A stretch of DNA of 64,000 nt from an uncultured Acidobacteriota bacterium (GTDB lineage Bacteria; Acidobacteriota; UBA6911): positions 160,001-224,000 of the forward strand of contig CAWHCF010000029.1 of NCBI GenBank assembly GCA_963827655.1, given 5' to 3'. Below the pieces are notes generated by a model. The model did not search any database, had not been told where the DNA came from, and saw nothing but the letters and a program-made list of their open reading frames with translations. The position numbers were made by a program, and so were the translations under genes. Shown here piece after piece: positions 28,256 through 38,281 of the stretch; positions within the stretch are counted from its first letter, which is position 1, and each line of letters starts with the position of its first letter.

Positions 28256-29611
28256 TCAATCATTTCGGACGTATCCACCCCAAGAGGGACTGGTGTTCGT
28301 GCCCTGAGAGGTCACCATTCGGATCTCGGAACGATCCGCCAGCATCACGTAGATCTGGGAACTTCCGCTCCGCGTTGACTGAAAAGCCAGATGCCGGCTA
28401 TCCGGAGCCCAGGATGGGCTTTCATTGCTGCCGGCTCCGCTTGTGAGCTGGAATATCTTCCCCGAGCTCACTTCGGCCATGTAAATGTCATAGCTGTCCG
28501 CCTGCCTGGGCTTCCAATGAAAAGCGATCCAGCGTCCATCCGGTGACCAGGAGGGAGAGTCAGCGTCGCCGCCTTCTTTTACCATCCGACGAACGTTGCC
28601 GCCGTCGACATCGGCCACATAGATCTGTCCCGCGCCCTCGCGATTTGATACGAACGAGATTTGTTTCCCGGATGGAGACCAAGTGGGCGAAGTATCAATC
28701 GAGGCGTGGTTCGTGACGTTGCGCCGGTCGGATCCGTCCAGCTTGGAACCGAAAATATCAGTATCCCCTCGCGACGTTCTCAGTGAATAGATCAGTTGGG
28801 TGCCATCGGGGGAGATTGCCGGTGTGGACACGAAAGTACCGAACATAGGGAAAGGAAGACGTGAGCCATCAAGATACGAATGGAGATCGATTTCCCACTT
28901 GCCGGTTCGATTACTCACAAAAGCCAGCTTCGAGTTGTCGGCAGCCCAGACAGGGAACAGGTTGAGCGCTCCGTTGTGGGTGAAGGAACGCTGGTCATTT
29001 CCATCATAATCCATGACGTAGATTTCCTTGGCGCCGCCCCGGCGGGACGAGTAGGCGATCTTTGTGGATGCGATTCCGCGTGATGCTCCTGCCGTCAGTT
29101 TATACACGATCTCGTCGGCCCAACGGTGCGCTATGGCCCGGATTGTATCGGCATCGCCCTGGATGTTCTGGCCGAAGGCCATCGTCCTCTGCTTCATGTC
29201 CAAGAGACGCAGCTCCGCGCGCAGGACGCCTCCGCTCAGATCCAGCGATCCGAAGGTCATGAAACTCACCTTGAACGGCAGCCCACTCCACGCCTCGTAG
29301 TTAATGTCTTCAGGACGAGATGCAGCTTGTGGGGGATAGAAGCTCTTACCGGCCATAGTGAAGTAGCCGGAGAATTTCAGATCATCCCAAAGAACTTGAT
29401 TGAAGGTTTTCAGCGCGCTTGCCAGTTCCGCGGTTCGTTCGGGAGTTCTGGACTGAACGTCCGGAACCGCCAGGATAATCTCCTCGAGCGCAGTTGGACG
29501 AATTGGAATCGGCGGCCTGTCTTGCGTGCGCAGGTTCGTTGTCACGCCGGCTAGAAGTACCATCCAGAACAGTGATCTTCGAACTGACATCTCGCTCCTT
29601 GGTAAGGACAA
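28256..29611 (-). CDS. tolB: Tol-Pal beta-propeller protein TolB
   Basis: AHRWADEI, TKIAY, EIYVMDYDG and PD40 repeats (SPTWSPSG, SPSWSPDG). The start may be ATG 29590. Confidence 0.93.
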   Translation of the reverse strand: MSLPRSEMSVRRSLFWMVLLAGVTTNLRTQDRPPIPIRPTALEEIILAVPDVQSRTPERTAELASALKTFNQVLWDDLKFSGYFTMAGKSFYPPQAASRPEDINYEAWSGLPFKVSFMTFGSLDLSGGVLRAELRLLDMKQRTMAFGQNIQGDADTIRAIAHRWADEIVYKLTAGASRGIASTKIAYSSRRGGAKEIYVMDYDGNDQRSFTHNGALNLFPVWAADNSKLAFVSNRTGKWEIDLHSYLDGSRLPFPMFGTFVSTPAISPDGTQLIYSLRTSRGDTDIFGSKLDGSDRRNVTNHASIDTSPTWSPSGKQISFVSNREGAGQIYVADVDGGNVRRMVKEGGDADSPSWSPDGRWIAFHWKPRQADSYDIYMAEVSSGKIFQLTSGAGSNESPSWAPDSRHLAFQSTRSGSSQIYVMLADRSEIRMVTSQGTNTSPSWGGYVRND

Positions 29612-30454
29612 TTATTGATTGGGTGGATGAATAAACTGGGCCATGAACTGAACCGGCCGTCCCCGCAGTTGTGGAGGCAGAGGCGGGAGCGGCGGCGAGG
29701 TCGATGCGCGTATAGCGCGCTCGGCTGTGAGGTCCAGAAGATCGTTACCGGACGACTTCTCCTTCTTGATGTCTCCAATGGTGCCATCATTGGCGATAAA
29801 GAAGCTGTAGACGATCTCGATGCGTCCAACCTCCGTCGCAGGCCGGATCCAGTTAGAGCCGATGCGTTGTTCCACCATTCGGGCGTACCAGAGGTCACCC
29901 AATCCTCCCGACCCCGAGCCGAGCGACACGCCGACCCCGGCGCCACGCCCGCCTCCGCTACCCCCCGCTAAGCCCCCCGTACCACCGGCGCCGGGCTGGG
30001 GTGCCGTCGGGATGACCTGGGTGTCTGGGACCTCCTTTTTCTCCTTTTTCGCCTGCGGCTTTTGGGGTTCAACAGTGTTCGGGAGGGGTACGGCGGCCTC
30101 TTTCGCTGGTTTTTCCGGTTCGGAAGGGGGTTTCGGAAGCGGTACTACGGTCTCTTTCTCGACTGGTTTTTCCTCCGGCAGGGCAGGAGGCTGGGGTACC
30201 AGCGAGGGCTTGATCATGCCCGCGCCGCCCCCAAGATCGTCTGCGACGCCGACTGTATATGCGGCTCCTCCGGTCCCTCCGCCCGGGCCTGTTCCCAGAA
30301 CGATAGGAACAGGTCTAGGAAACAAGTAAGGAGCCGCGAGGAAAAACAGCGCCCCGGCCAGATGAACTACAATGGAAAACATGAAGGCGCGACCGTATCT
30401 CTCTTTGTAAAGCGGAAATTCGAGAAGGGTCCCGTGAGCCGGAAGTTTGCTCAT
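29612..30454 (-). CDS. tolA: TolA/TonB-family energy transducer
   Basis: N-terminal TM SIVVH, Pro/Glu/Lys-rich linker, TonB_2 C-domain (NW...SSG..LLD..A.RAI). Confidence 0.8.
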   Translation of the reverse strand: MSKLPAHGTLLEFPLYKERYGRAFMFSIVVHLAGALFFLAAPYLFPRPVPIVLGTGPGGGTGGAAYTVGVADDLGGGAGMIKPSLVPQPPALPEEKPVEKETVVPLPKPPSEPEKPAKEAAVPLPNTVEPQKPQAKKEKKEVPDTQVIPTAPQPGAGGTGGLAGGSGGGRGAGVGVSLGSGSGGLGDLWYARMVEQRIGSNWIRPATEVGRIEIVYSFFIANDGTIGDIKKEKSSGNDLLDLTAERAIRASTSPPLPPLPPQLRGRPVQFMAQFIHPPNQ

Positions 30455-30468
30455 GACAATAAGGATAG

Positions 30469-30894
30469 TTACTTGCCGGCAGAAGTTTTAAATTCTTTTG
30501 TTACCAGCTGGATTTTTTTGTAGCCTGCGCCCCGCACCGCATCGATGACCGACACAATGGATCCCCACTTAACGTCCTTGTCGGCTCGAAGGAATATGTC
30601 GTCATCGGGACCCTTGGCGTCCTTGTTAAGCCGTTCGCCGATAGTCGAGAAGTTGATCGACTCGGATCCATAGTAAATCAGTCCGTCCCGGCTGATCGAG
30701 AGGACGATACGCTGCTCGGGATTCACTGAAGTGACGTTGCGGGTCTCCGGCAATTGAACGTCGATGCCGGTCTGCAAAATCGGAGCCGTCACCATGAAGA
30801 TGACAAGCAGGACGAGCATGACATCCACCAGCGGGGTGACGTTGATCTCCGAGAGGGAAGTAGCCGTCCGACCCTGCGGGGTGGTGAAAGCCAT
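30469..30894 (-). CDS. tolR: TolR/ExbD
   Basis: EINVTPLVDVMLVLLVIFMVTAP; LRADK. Confidence 0.92.
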   Translation of the reverse strand: MAFTTPQGRTATSLSEINVTPLVDVMLVLLVIFMVTAPILQTGIDVQLPETRNVTSVNPEQRIVLSISRDGLIYYGSESINFSTIGERLNKDAKGPDDDIFLRADKDVKWGSIVSVIDAVRGAGYKKIQLVTKEFKTSAGK

Positions 30895-31631
30895 CAGGTG
30901 AAACTCCGCTCGACGAGGTTCAAGAATTCGGCAGAAAAGTCATCTATTTCGCCGGCGATGTTCTTGATCCGGTGGACAAACTGATTGTACGCGACTACCG
31001 CAGGAATGGCTGCAAACAGGCCGGCTGCGGTGGCTACCAGGGCGTCGGCGATCCCGGGGGCCACCGCCTGGATTGATGTTGTCTTCTCGAGTCCCAGCCC
31101 CTCAAAGGCGCTGATGATCCCGACGACGGTGCCTAGAAGGCCGATGAACGGCGTTACGGAGCCTGTGGTTGCCAACCAGCTTAGATTCCTTTCCAGAATG
31201 GAGAGTTCGGCCGCGGCCGCTCTTTGCAAGGTCCGATGAATCGCCGTTACGTTCCGTTCAGTCAGAACGGGATGACCGGGATTGGGCGACACCTCGGCGG
31301 ACTTGGCCTTCAAGCTTTGAAGTTGGACGTTTAACTCCTGATAGGCAGCGGCGAAGAGTCCGGAGAGCGGCGTGCGTCGATAGTGTTCGCAGGCTGAACT
31401 GACTTCACTGAGCCGCGGGGTCCGGCGGAAGAAAGCCACAAATTTCCGGTTCTGCTTCTCAATGGTGCCGAAGGTGAGCCACTTTCGAAGGATGATCGTC
31501 CACGAGAGCAGCGAGAAAGCGAGCAGGAGGAACAGAATCGACAACGAGAAGGGACTGCGGCCGGCCAGACTGAGCGGGTTACGCGCCAGCTGCGCCTCCC
31601 CTTCCAGAACCTGCAGCAGAACAAACCCCAA
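30894..31631 (-). CDS. tolQ: TolQ/ExbB proton channel
   Basis: LATTGSVTPFIGLLGTV.GI, VAPGIADALVATAAGLFAAIPA..YN. Confidence 0.93.
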   Translation of the reverse strand: MGFVLLQVLEGEAQLARNPLSLAGRSPFSLSILFLLLAFSLLSWTIILRKWLTFGTIEKQNRKFVAFFRRTPRLSEVSSACEHYRRTPLSGLFAAAYQELNVQLQSLKAKSAEVSPNPGHPVLTERNVTAIHRTLQRAAAAELSILERNLSWLATTGSVTPFIGLLGTVVGIISAFEGLGLEKTTSIQAVAPGIADALVATAAGLFAAIPAVVAYNQFVHRIKNIAGEIDDFSAEFLNLVERSFT

Positions 31632-31734
31632 CAGGATTACGATCGCGTCCTCCCCGATGCTCCAACAACGAATAATTTCAAATTACAGGTACCACTAGCT
31701 CGCGGCGTAAGTCTAGCACATTAGCTTTGTGATT

Positions 31735-31811
31735 TGTTTCTTGGCGTCTTGGTTTCTTGGTGGTTACTGCGCAAGGACAAGAGCCACCTCCAAGACGCGA
31801 AGACGCGAAGG
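31735..31811. repeat. Octamer-family two-arm element between divergent tolQ and recN
   Basis: TGTTTCTTGGCGTCTTGGTTTCTTGGTGGTT ... GCCACCTCCAAGACGCGAAGACGCGAAGG. Confidence 0.75.
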
Positions 31812-31850
31812 GGTTTCGCGCTTGCCGCCATGTGCTACACTGAATCTGCG

Positions 31851-33566
31851 ATGCTCCGCTTCATTCGAATTCGCAATTTCGCTCTTATCCGCGCGCTGGA
31901 GATCGAATTCGGGTCAGGCCTGAACCTGCTTACCGGGGAGACCGGGTCCGGCAAGTCCATTCTGGTGGACGCTCTCGGTATGCTGGTCGGGGAAAGAGCA
32001 TCCCAGGAGATGGTGCGCTCGGGTTCCGAACAGGCGGTGCTGGAAGGAGTCTTCTCCCTGGAAAGATCCGAAGGGTCGCTTGAAGCTCTGCGAGAGGCGG
32101 GTTTGGAGCCTGAGGATGATTCACTCGTGATCCGGAGGGAGATCTCCGCGGCCGGACGGAATCGAGTCTTCATCAACAACAGTCTCTCCACGCTTGCGCT
32201 CTTGAAAACCATCGGCGACCAGCTGGTTGACATTCACGGGCAGCATGATCATCAGTCGCTCCTTGAGGTCAGCCGCCATTTGGATCTCCTCGATGAGTAT
32301 GGCGCAAATAGCGCGATGGTGCAGGAAGTCGGAGAGCGCCACGGGCGAATGCAGAGAATCGCCAGGCAGCTCGAATCAGGACGAATCGACGAACAGGAGA
32401 GGCTCAAGAGAATCGATATCCTGCAATATCAGCTGGATGAAATACGTCGAGCGGAACTCCGGGCGGGCGAAAGAGAAGAGCTCGAAAATGAGAAGGGAAT
32501 TCTCGGCAACCGGGAAAGGATTTTCAGTCTGACGAGCGAGCTCTATGAGCTGGCATACGAAGGCGAGCAGTCAGTGCTCGCTCACCTCAACCGGTTGTCC
32601 CGGCTGCTTCAGGAACTGGAAGGTTTCGATAGCAGATGGTCGGCGCACAGGGAGGCGATTGCCGAGAGCCGCTACCGGCTCGAAGACCTTGCCTTCTCCG
32701 CGCGCGACTACACGGCGGAAATCGACTTCAGTCCCGACCGGCTGGAGCAGGTGGAGCAGAGGTTGTCGGAGCTGGACCGCCTGACCCGAAAATATGGACA
32801 CTCCGTGACCGAGACCCTAAAATATGCCGACAGATGTGAAGCCGAGTTGCAGGATCTGATCTCGTACACCGATAGATCGAAGCAGCTGGAAAGGGAGTTG
32901 GAGGAGGAACTGAAAAACTACCTGGTCTGCGCCCAGGAGCTTTCCGAGAGACGGCGCAAGAATGCGCGGCAGCTCGAAAGGGACATTAAAAAAGAACTGC
33001 GCGCCCTTTCGATGGACAGGACCGAGTTCAGCGTGCGCCTGTTCCGGCGCGAAGGGGCGCAGGATGGTTGGATTCCCGCGCACTGCGGGCCGAACGGAAT
33101 CGATCAGGGGGAGTTTCTGGTTTCACCCAACAAGGGGGAAGAGCTGAAGCCTCTCGCCAGGATCGCCTCGGGAGGAGAGCTCTCGCGCTTGACGCTCTCG
33201 CTGCGATGTCTGTGCGGCGGCGGCGAATCGGGAAAAACGCTGGTGTTTGATGAAGTCGATTCGGGGATCGGCGGACGAGTGGCGGAAGCAGTGGGACGGC
33301 GGCTGCGCGACATCGCCCGGCGTCATCAGGTATTGTGTGTCACGCATTTGCCTCAGATCGCGGCGTTCGCCACCGAGCATTTCAGTGTGCGGAAAGAGGC
33401 CGTCGGCCCTCGCACCGAGACGCTTGTGGAGCGTCTGGCCGACTCGGCCCGAGTCGAGGAACTGGCGCGCATGCTGGGAGGCGAAACCATCACGGAAACC
33501 ACACGCCGGCACGCGCGGGAAATGATGACTCACTCCCGGCGAGCCGAAGAGCGCGCGGTTCCCTAA
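31851..33566 (+). CDS. recN: DNA repair protein RecN
   Basis: IRNFALI, LTGETGSGKS, DIHGQHDHQ, IASGGELSR, VFDEVDSG, QVLCVTHLPQIA; ATG at 31851. Confidence 0.97.
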   Translation: MLRFIRIRNFALIRALEIEFGSGLNLLTGETGSGKSILVDALGMLVGERASQEMVRSGSEQAVLEGVFSLERSEGSLEALREAGLEPEDDSLVIRREISAAGRNRVFINNSLSTLALLKTIGDQLVDIHGQHDHQSLLEVSRHLDLLDEYGANSAMVQEVGERHGRMQRIARQLESGRIDEQERLKRIDILQYQLDEIRRAELRAGEREELENEKGILGNRERIFSLTSELYELAYEGEQSVLAHLNRLSRLLQELEGFDSRWSAHREAIAESRYRLEDLAFSARDYTAEIDFSPDRLEQVEQRLSELDRLTRKYGHSVTETLKYADRCEAELQDLISYTDRSKQLERELEEELKNYLVCAQELSERRRKNARQLERDIKKELRALSMDRTEFSVRLFRREGAQDGWIPAHCGPNGIDQGEFLVSPNKGEELKPLARIASGGELSRLTLSLRCLCGGGESGKTLVFDEVDSGIGGRVAEAVGRRLRDIARRHQVLCVTHLPQIAAFATEHFSVRKEAVGPRTETLVERLADSARVEELARMLGGETITETTRRHAREMMTHSRRAEERAVP

Positions 33567-33590
33567 TAAGGAGCGAGTCCGGATCGAAGT

Positions 33591-34907
33591 ATGGCCAAGA
33601 AATTCTTCATTGAAACCTTCGGCTGCCAGATGAACGAGCTCGACTCGGAGAAGATCGCCGGCAGCCTCAGCTGCGAGGGTATGGAACCGGTCGCGGATCC
33701 CTCTCAGGCCGATGTCATCATCTTGAACACCTGCAGCATCAGGGAAAAGGCGGTCCAGAAGGTATACGCTCGTCTAGGAGAGATTAAGAAGCATCAATCC
33801 CGCAACCGTGACGTCGTGATCGGAGTCGTCGGCTGCATGGCTCAGCTCGAGGGGGAAAGGATTCTCGAGCGCGCCCCTTTTGTGAATATCATCGCAGGGC
33901 CGCAAAAAGGGCACATCATGCCGGGGCTCGTCGATCGGGCGGCTCGTACAAAAACGCCGGCGATCGATCTGCGCATGGACGAGGATCCAGAGCCGCTGGA
34001 AACGACTCACATCTTACGGGAAAACCCGTGGCGCGCGGGCGTCACAATCAGCGAAGGGTGCAATCGGCACTGCGCTTTCTGCGTTGTTCCATTTACGCGC
34101 GGCAAAGAGAAAGACCGGGCCAGCACAAGCGTAATCCGCGAGATTGAAGACCTGGCGGCTCAGGGATATGTCGAAGTCGTTCTGCTGGGCCAAACGGTGA
34201 ACTCGTATCGGGATCCTTCTCCTCAGGGAATGACGTTTGCAGGATTGCTCCGCCGCCTGGCGGAGATCCCTGAGCTGAAGCGCATTCGATTCACGTCGCC
34301 GCACCCGAATGACTTCACGGATGAACTGCTCGATGTGATGATTTCCCATCCCAAGGTGTGCGACCAGATTCACCTCCCGGTGCAGTCCGGTTCCACGAGA
34401 GTCTTGCTCGCAATGCGGAGAGGTTACACGCGTGAGCGCTATCTCGACACCATTTTGAAGATTCAAAAATCTCCGCGACCGATAGCGCTCTCCACCGATA
34501 TCATTGTCGGCTTTCCCGGTGAGACCGAGCCGGACTTTCACGATACCCTTCGTCTGCTCGATGAGGTACAATACGACAACGTTTTCTCCTTCAAGTACTC
34601 GCCGCGGCCCAACACGGCGGCCTTGGACCTGCCGGGTGAGGTTTCAGAAGAAGAGAAGGGGAGGAGGCTGAGAGTGCTGCAAGATCAACAGAAAATGATT
34701 CAATACAACAAAAACGCAGCGTATCTGAACCAGAGCATGGAGGTTTTGGTGGAAGACAGAGCGCGCGCCAAGTTTTCACTTGCTGGTCGAGCCAGCAACA
34801 ACAAAATCGTGAATTTCGATGGGCCAGAAGACCTCCTCGGGAAATTCGTTGAGGTCAAGATTACGGGCTTCAGCGCCAACAGCCTGAAGGGGGACTGGGT
34901 TCATTGA
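33591..34907 (+). CDS. miaB: tRNA-2-methylthio-N6-dimethylallyladenosine synthase MiaB
   Basis: ETFGCQMNELDS, NTCSIREKA, GCNRHCAFCVVP, HLPVQSGS, TRAM domain. Confidence 0.97.
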   Translation: MAKKFFIETFGCQMNELDSEKIAGSLSCEGMEPVADPSQADVIILNTCSIREKAVQKVYARLGEIKKHQSRNRDVVIGVVGCMAQLEGERILERAPFVNIIAGPQKGHIMPGLVDRAARTKTPAIDLRMDEDPEPLETTHILRENPWRAGVTISEGCNRHCAFCVVPFTRGKEKDRASTSVIREIEDLAAQGYVEVVLLGQTVNSYRDPSPQGMTFAGLLRRLAEIPELKRIRFTSPHPNDFTDELLDVMISHPKVCDQIHLPVQSGSTRVLLAMRRGYTRERYLDTILKIQKSPRPIALSTDIIVGFPGETEPDFHDTLRLLDEVQYDNVFSFKYSPRPNTAALDLPGEVSEEEKGRRLRVLQDQQKMIQYNKNAAYLNQSMEVLVEDRARAKFSLAGRASNNKIVNFDGPEDLLGKFVEVKITGFSANSLKGDWVH

Positions 34908-34921
34908 ATTCGGGAGGAAGC

Positions 34922-35419
34922 ATGAAGGAGATAGAGTTCAAGATAAAGGGTCTGATGATGGACCCCCTGACCAATTCGCCCATCGTGGTTCTTCAGGACA
35001 CGACCAGCGATACCCTGCTTCCCATCTGGGTCGGTATTTTCGAGGCCAATGCCATCGCGCTGCAGATCGAGAAAGTCGATACGCCTCGCCCGATGACTCA
35101 TGATCTCATGAAAGGTCTTCTTAATCATTTGAAGGCGAAAGTCACCAAGATTGTGGTCACGGAATTGAAGGACAATACCTTCTATGCACTCATTTTTCTC
35201 AGTGTCGATGGCAAGACCATTACGGTCGACTCTCGCCCATCGGATGCCATCGCCCTGGCTCTTCGTACGGATTCCCCGATTTTTGTGACGGACGACGTTA
35301 TTTCGAAGTCAAGCAGCACGACTCCTTCTGCCTTGACGGCGGAGCGGAGTTCGCCGGAAGACATCAAGCAGTGGCTGGAGAATTTGAACCCGGACGATCT
35401 GGGAAAATACAAGATGTAG
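34922..35419 (+). CDS. Bifunctional nuclease family protein (DUF151)
   Basis: LPIWVGIFEA.AIA, PRPMTHDL, DSRPSDAIALALR. Confidence 0.93.
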   Translation: MKEIEFKIKGLMMDPLTNSPIVVLQDTTSDTLLPIWVGIFEANAIALQIEKVDTPRPMTHDLMKGLLNHLKAKVTKIVVTELKDNTFYALIFLSVDGKTITVDSRPSDAIALALRTDSPIFVTDDVISKSSSTTPSALTAERSSPEDIKQWLENLNPDDLGKYKM

Positions 35420-35461
35420 ATTTCTTTCTGTTCTTTGATTTCTTCGAGTCAAGAAGCCGAA

Positions 35462-37951
35462 TCAGATCGATTTGGCAATTTTGAGGATGTCGCTTAGCAC
35501 ACCCGCAGCCGTGACCCCCGCCCCCGCCCCGGGTCCTTGAATCACCAGAGGATGCTCGAAGTAACGCGTCGTCTGGAAAACCAGAATATTGTCGGGGCCG
35601 GAGAGGCGCCCGATGGGCGTATCGCGAAGAATGCTTCGAGGTCCTACCACGCAGCCGTCCTGGCTTATGTCTGCGATATAACGCAGAACTTTTCCCTGGC
35701 CATGCGCTTTTTGCACCGCTTGGGCCATCTTCTTGTCCGCCTCCGTCAGCCTGGCCAGGAACGAGGCCACAGTTTTGAGCTTGAAAAATTTCCGCGGTAA
35801 CATGGCCGTCAAACGAATCTGGCTCAGCTCCAGAGACCTCCCCAGCTCGCGCGCAATAATCAGAGCCTTGCGCGCGACATCAATGCCGCTGAGATCATCA
35901 CGCGGGTCGGGTTCTGTGTAACCCAGCGCCATCGCCTCTGAGACCGCGCGGGAGAAGGGAACTCCTTCATCCATCCGGCTGCAAAGGATCCCGAGGGTGC
36001 CGCTCAGGCATCCCTGAATACGAAGTATCTTGTCACCGGTATTGATCAAGTCTTGAAGCGTGTAGAGAAGCGGGAGCCCGGCGCCGAAGGTCGCCTCATA
36101 CTGATAATTCAGTCCCTTGCGCCGCCGAAGTCTCTGAATCTCCTGGTACTCTCCCAGACTTGAAGTCAGCGGCTTCTTATTGGCCGTGACTACGTGAAAC
36201 CCGCGTCGAAGCCCTTCGATATGAGTGGGGGCCAACTCAGCCGCCGTCGCATCGACGATAACAATGTCAGACTTATAGGTCCCGGCGATATGGCGGAAAA
36301 TCTCGTCGGTTGAGGGTCTTTTGTCCGATCCGGCCAGTTCTCGAAGAGGTTTGCCCAGCCCGAGTAACTTCAGCTCCGCTCCTGTCAGTCCCGCAGGGAC
36401 GAAGCGCCAGTGACGAGAGTCTGAGACCCCGAGCACCTTTAGATTTATCTTGCTGCCACGCGAGAGATGTTCCCGGTTCTCTTGAATCTGTTTCAGGAGC
36501 ATTCGGCCGATGTTGCCGCAGCCAAACACGAAAACGTGGAGATCGTTGGTCAGCCCGAACGCCGTGTGAATCGCCTGAACCGCCTGCTTGTAATCTCTTT
36601 CCAGAATCACGGCCGAAATGTTCAGTTCGGATGAACCCTGGGCGATTGCCAGGACGTTGGTCCGGTGTTTGCCGAGCGCTTCAAAGAACTTCCCGGAAAT
36701 CCCTGGAGTGCCGTGCATCCCAGCCCCGATAATCGACACGATGGACACGTTGCGTGTGAGCCCCACCTCCTCGATCAGATTCCTTTCTCTTTCCAACCGA
36801 AACTCCCGCTCAATCGCCTCCACGGCGCGGTTTGCATCACCGGTCCGAAGAACCATGCAGATACTGTGCTCGGACGAAGACTGGGAAATCATCATTACAT
36901 TGATTTCCTGCCGGGCCAGGGCATCGAACAAACGCGAGGCGACCCCCGGGATTCCTACCATCCCGTTGCCCTGTATGTTCAGCAGGGCGAGATCGCGGAC
37001 CGAGGTCACGGTCTTGACCAGGGGCCGGCGCAGGCTGCGGTCTGTGATCAGGGTCCCCGGCGCTTCCGGATTGAAAGTATTCTTGATCCGGATCGGGATC
37101 CGATGGACAACGGCCGGAATCATCGACTTGGGATGAAGTACTTTCGCGCCGAAGTAGGACATTTCGGCGGCCTCCGAGTAGCTGACCTGCGGCAGAATGG
37201 AGGCTTCGGCTACGAGGGTCGGATCTGCCGTCATGACTCCGTCAACATCGGTGTAGATCCAGAGTTCTCGAGCCCGCAAGGCAGCCGCCACGATCGAGGA
37301 AGAATAGTCCGAGCCATTGCGCCCGAGCGTGGTGACAACACCGTCTGGGGCGGCGCAAATAAAGCCGGGTACCACGGGGAGCAGTCCGCGGGCCACCAAA
37401 GGGCGGAGGTACCTCCGGACTCGGCGCTCGGTTTCGATGAAATTCAACAGGGCCCCCTGGCGATTCGGTTCCGCCACGATCCAGTCCCGGGCATCCGAAT
37501 AGCAGAAACGTGCGTCTCGTGCCTGCAGGGCCTTGGCCAGAAGGTTCGCCGAGAGAATCTCGCCATACGACAGGAGCTTGTCGAGGGTACGGTCACTGAA
37601 TTCTTTGAGGAGGGAAATGCCGTATGCTATTTCCCGAATGTCGCCGAACTGCTGATCGAGAAACTGTTGAAGCCACTTTTGATCCTTAGGAGCGGTCAGC
37701 GGAAGGAAGTTTTCCTCATGGAGCTTGCGCAGCCGAATCCTTTCCGATTCCAATCGCGCGGTCTTGCCGAGCAAGGCGTCGCGCCCCAGGGCCAGAAGCC
37801 TGTCGGTCACACCGGCCACCGCCGACACGACGATGACGATAGGCGCTGGTCGACTGTGGTTCTGCGCGATCTCCATGACCCTGTCGATGGAGTCGCGACT
37901 ACCCATCGAAGATCCCCCGAATTTCAGAACCAGCAGATTCCGTTGCGCCAT
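35462..37951 (-). CDS. thrA: Bifunctional aspartate kinase/homoserine dehydrogenase
   Basis: VLKFGGSS, TTLGRNGSDYS, TDVDGV.TADP, two ACT domains, TANKK, GYTEPDPRDDLSG, GPGAGAGVTAAG; ATG at 37951. Confidence 0.93.
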   Translation of the reverse strand: MAQRNLLVLKFGGSSMGSRDSIDRVMEIAQNHSRPAPIVIVVSAVAGVTDRLLALGRDALLGKTARLESERIRLRKLHEENFLPLTAPKDQKWLQQFLDQQFGDIREIAYGISLLKEFSDRTLDKLLSYGEILSANLLAKALQARDARFCYSDARDWIVAEPNRQGALLNFIETERRVRRYLRPLVARGLLPVVPGFICAAPDGVVTTLGRNGSDYSSSIVAAALRARELWIYTDVDGVMTADPTLVAEASILPQVSYSEAAEMSYFGAKVLHPKSMIPAVVHRIPIRIKNTFNPEAPGTLITDRSLRRPLVKTVTSVRDLALLNIQGNGMVGIPGVASRLFDALARQEINVMMISQSSSEHSICMVLRTGDANRAVEAIEREFRLERERNLIEEVGLTRNVSIVSIIGAGMHGTPGISGKFFEALGKHRTNVLAIAQGSSELNISAVILERDYKQAVQAIHTAFGLTNDLHVFVFGCGNIGRMLLKQIQENREHLSRGSKINLKVLGVSDSRHWRFVPAGLTGAELKLLGLGKPLRELAGSDKRPSTDEIFRHIAGTYKSDIVIVDATAAELAPTHIEGLRRGFHVVTANKKPLTSSLGEYQEIQRLRRRKGLNYQYEATFGAGLPLLYTLQDLINTGDKILRIQGCLSGTLGILCSRMDEGVPFSRAVSEAMALGYTEPDPRDDLSGIDVARKALIIARELGRSLELSQIRLTAMLPRKFFKLKTVASFLARLTEADKKMAQAVQKAHGQGKVLRYIADISQDGCVVGPRSILRDTPIGRLSGPDNILVFQTTRYFEHPLVIQGPGAGAGVTAAGVLSDILKIAKSI

Positions 37952-38281
37952 TAAATCGAAACCCTTTTTTGGGGAAAACCAGCCCGGCGATCCTATCACA
38001 AAGGAATTCGGTTGACAGGCTCCGCGAATGTCGCCCGCGAACGGCATCGCTGGCTAGTCCGACCCCGGCCGAGCGGCTGGAACTTCTTTTGATCTGCCCC
38101 GGGGCAAAGGATCGTGAGCCCTCACGAGCGCGGCCTGGGCCCGCTTCTGTTAGTTTACATAATATACATTATCAGAAGTTGAATCTGGCCGTCGAATCCC
38201 CCAAAGCCGTAGAGCCGTTGGCGATTCTGGCCCCCCTGCTTTACGCCTCTCGGCGCGCTGTGGTAGTCTTTCGGCGATCCT

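Noticed and set aside
31734-31850. N-terminal extensions called for recN (also rarA, recO, xerD, thrA, M50)
   Set aside because: They are translations of repeats, leaders or neighbouring genes; conserved starts lie downstream.
35421-35457. Further octamer-family copy (also 20053-20100)
   Set aside because: Too degenerate to separate from a pyrimidine-rich terminator-like tract.
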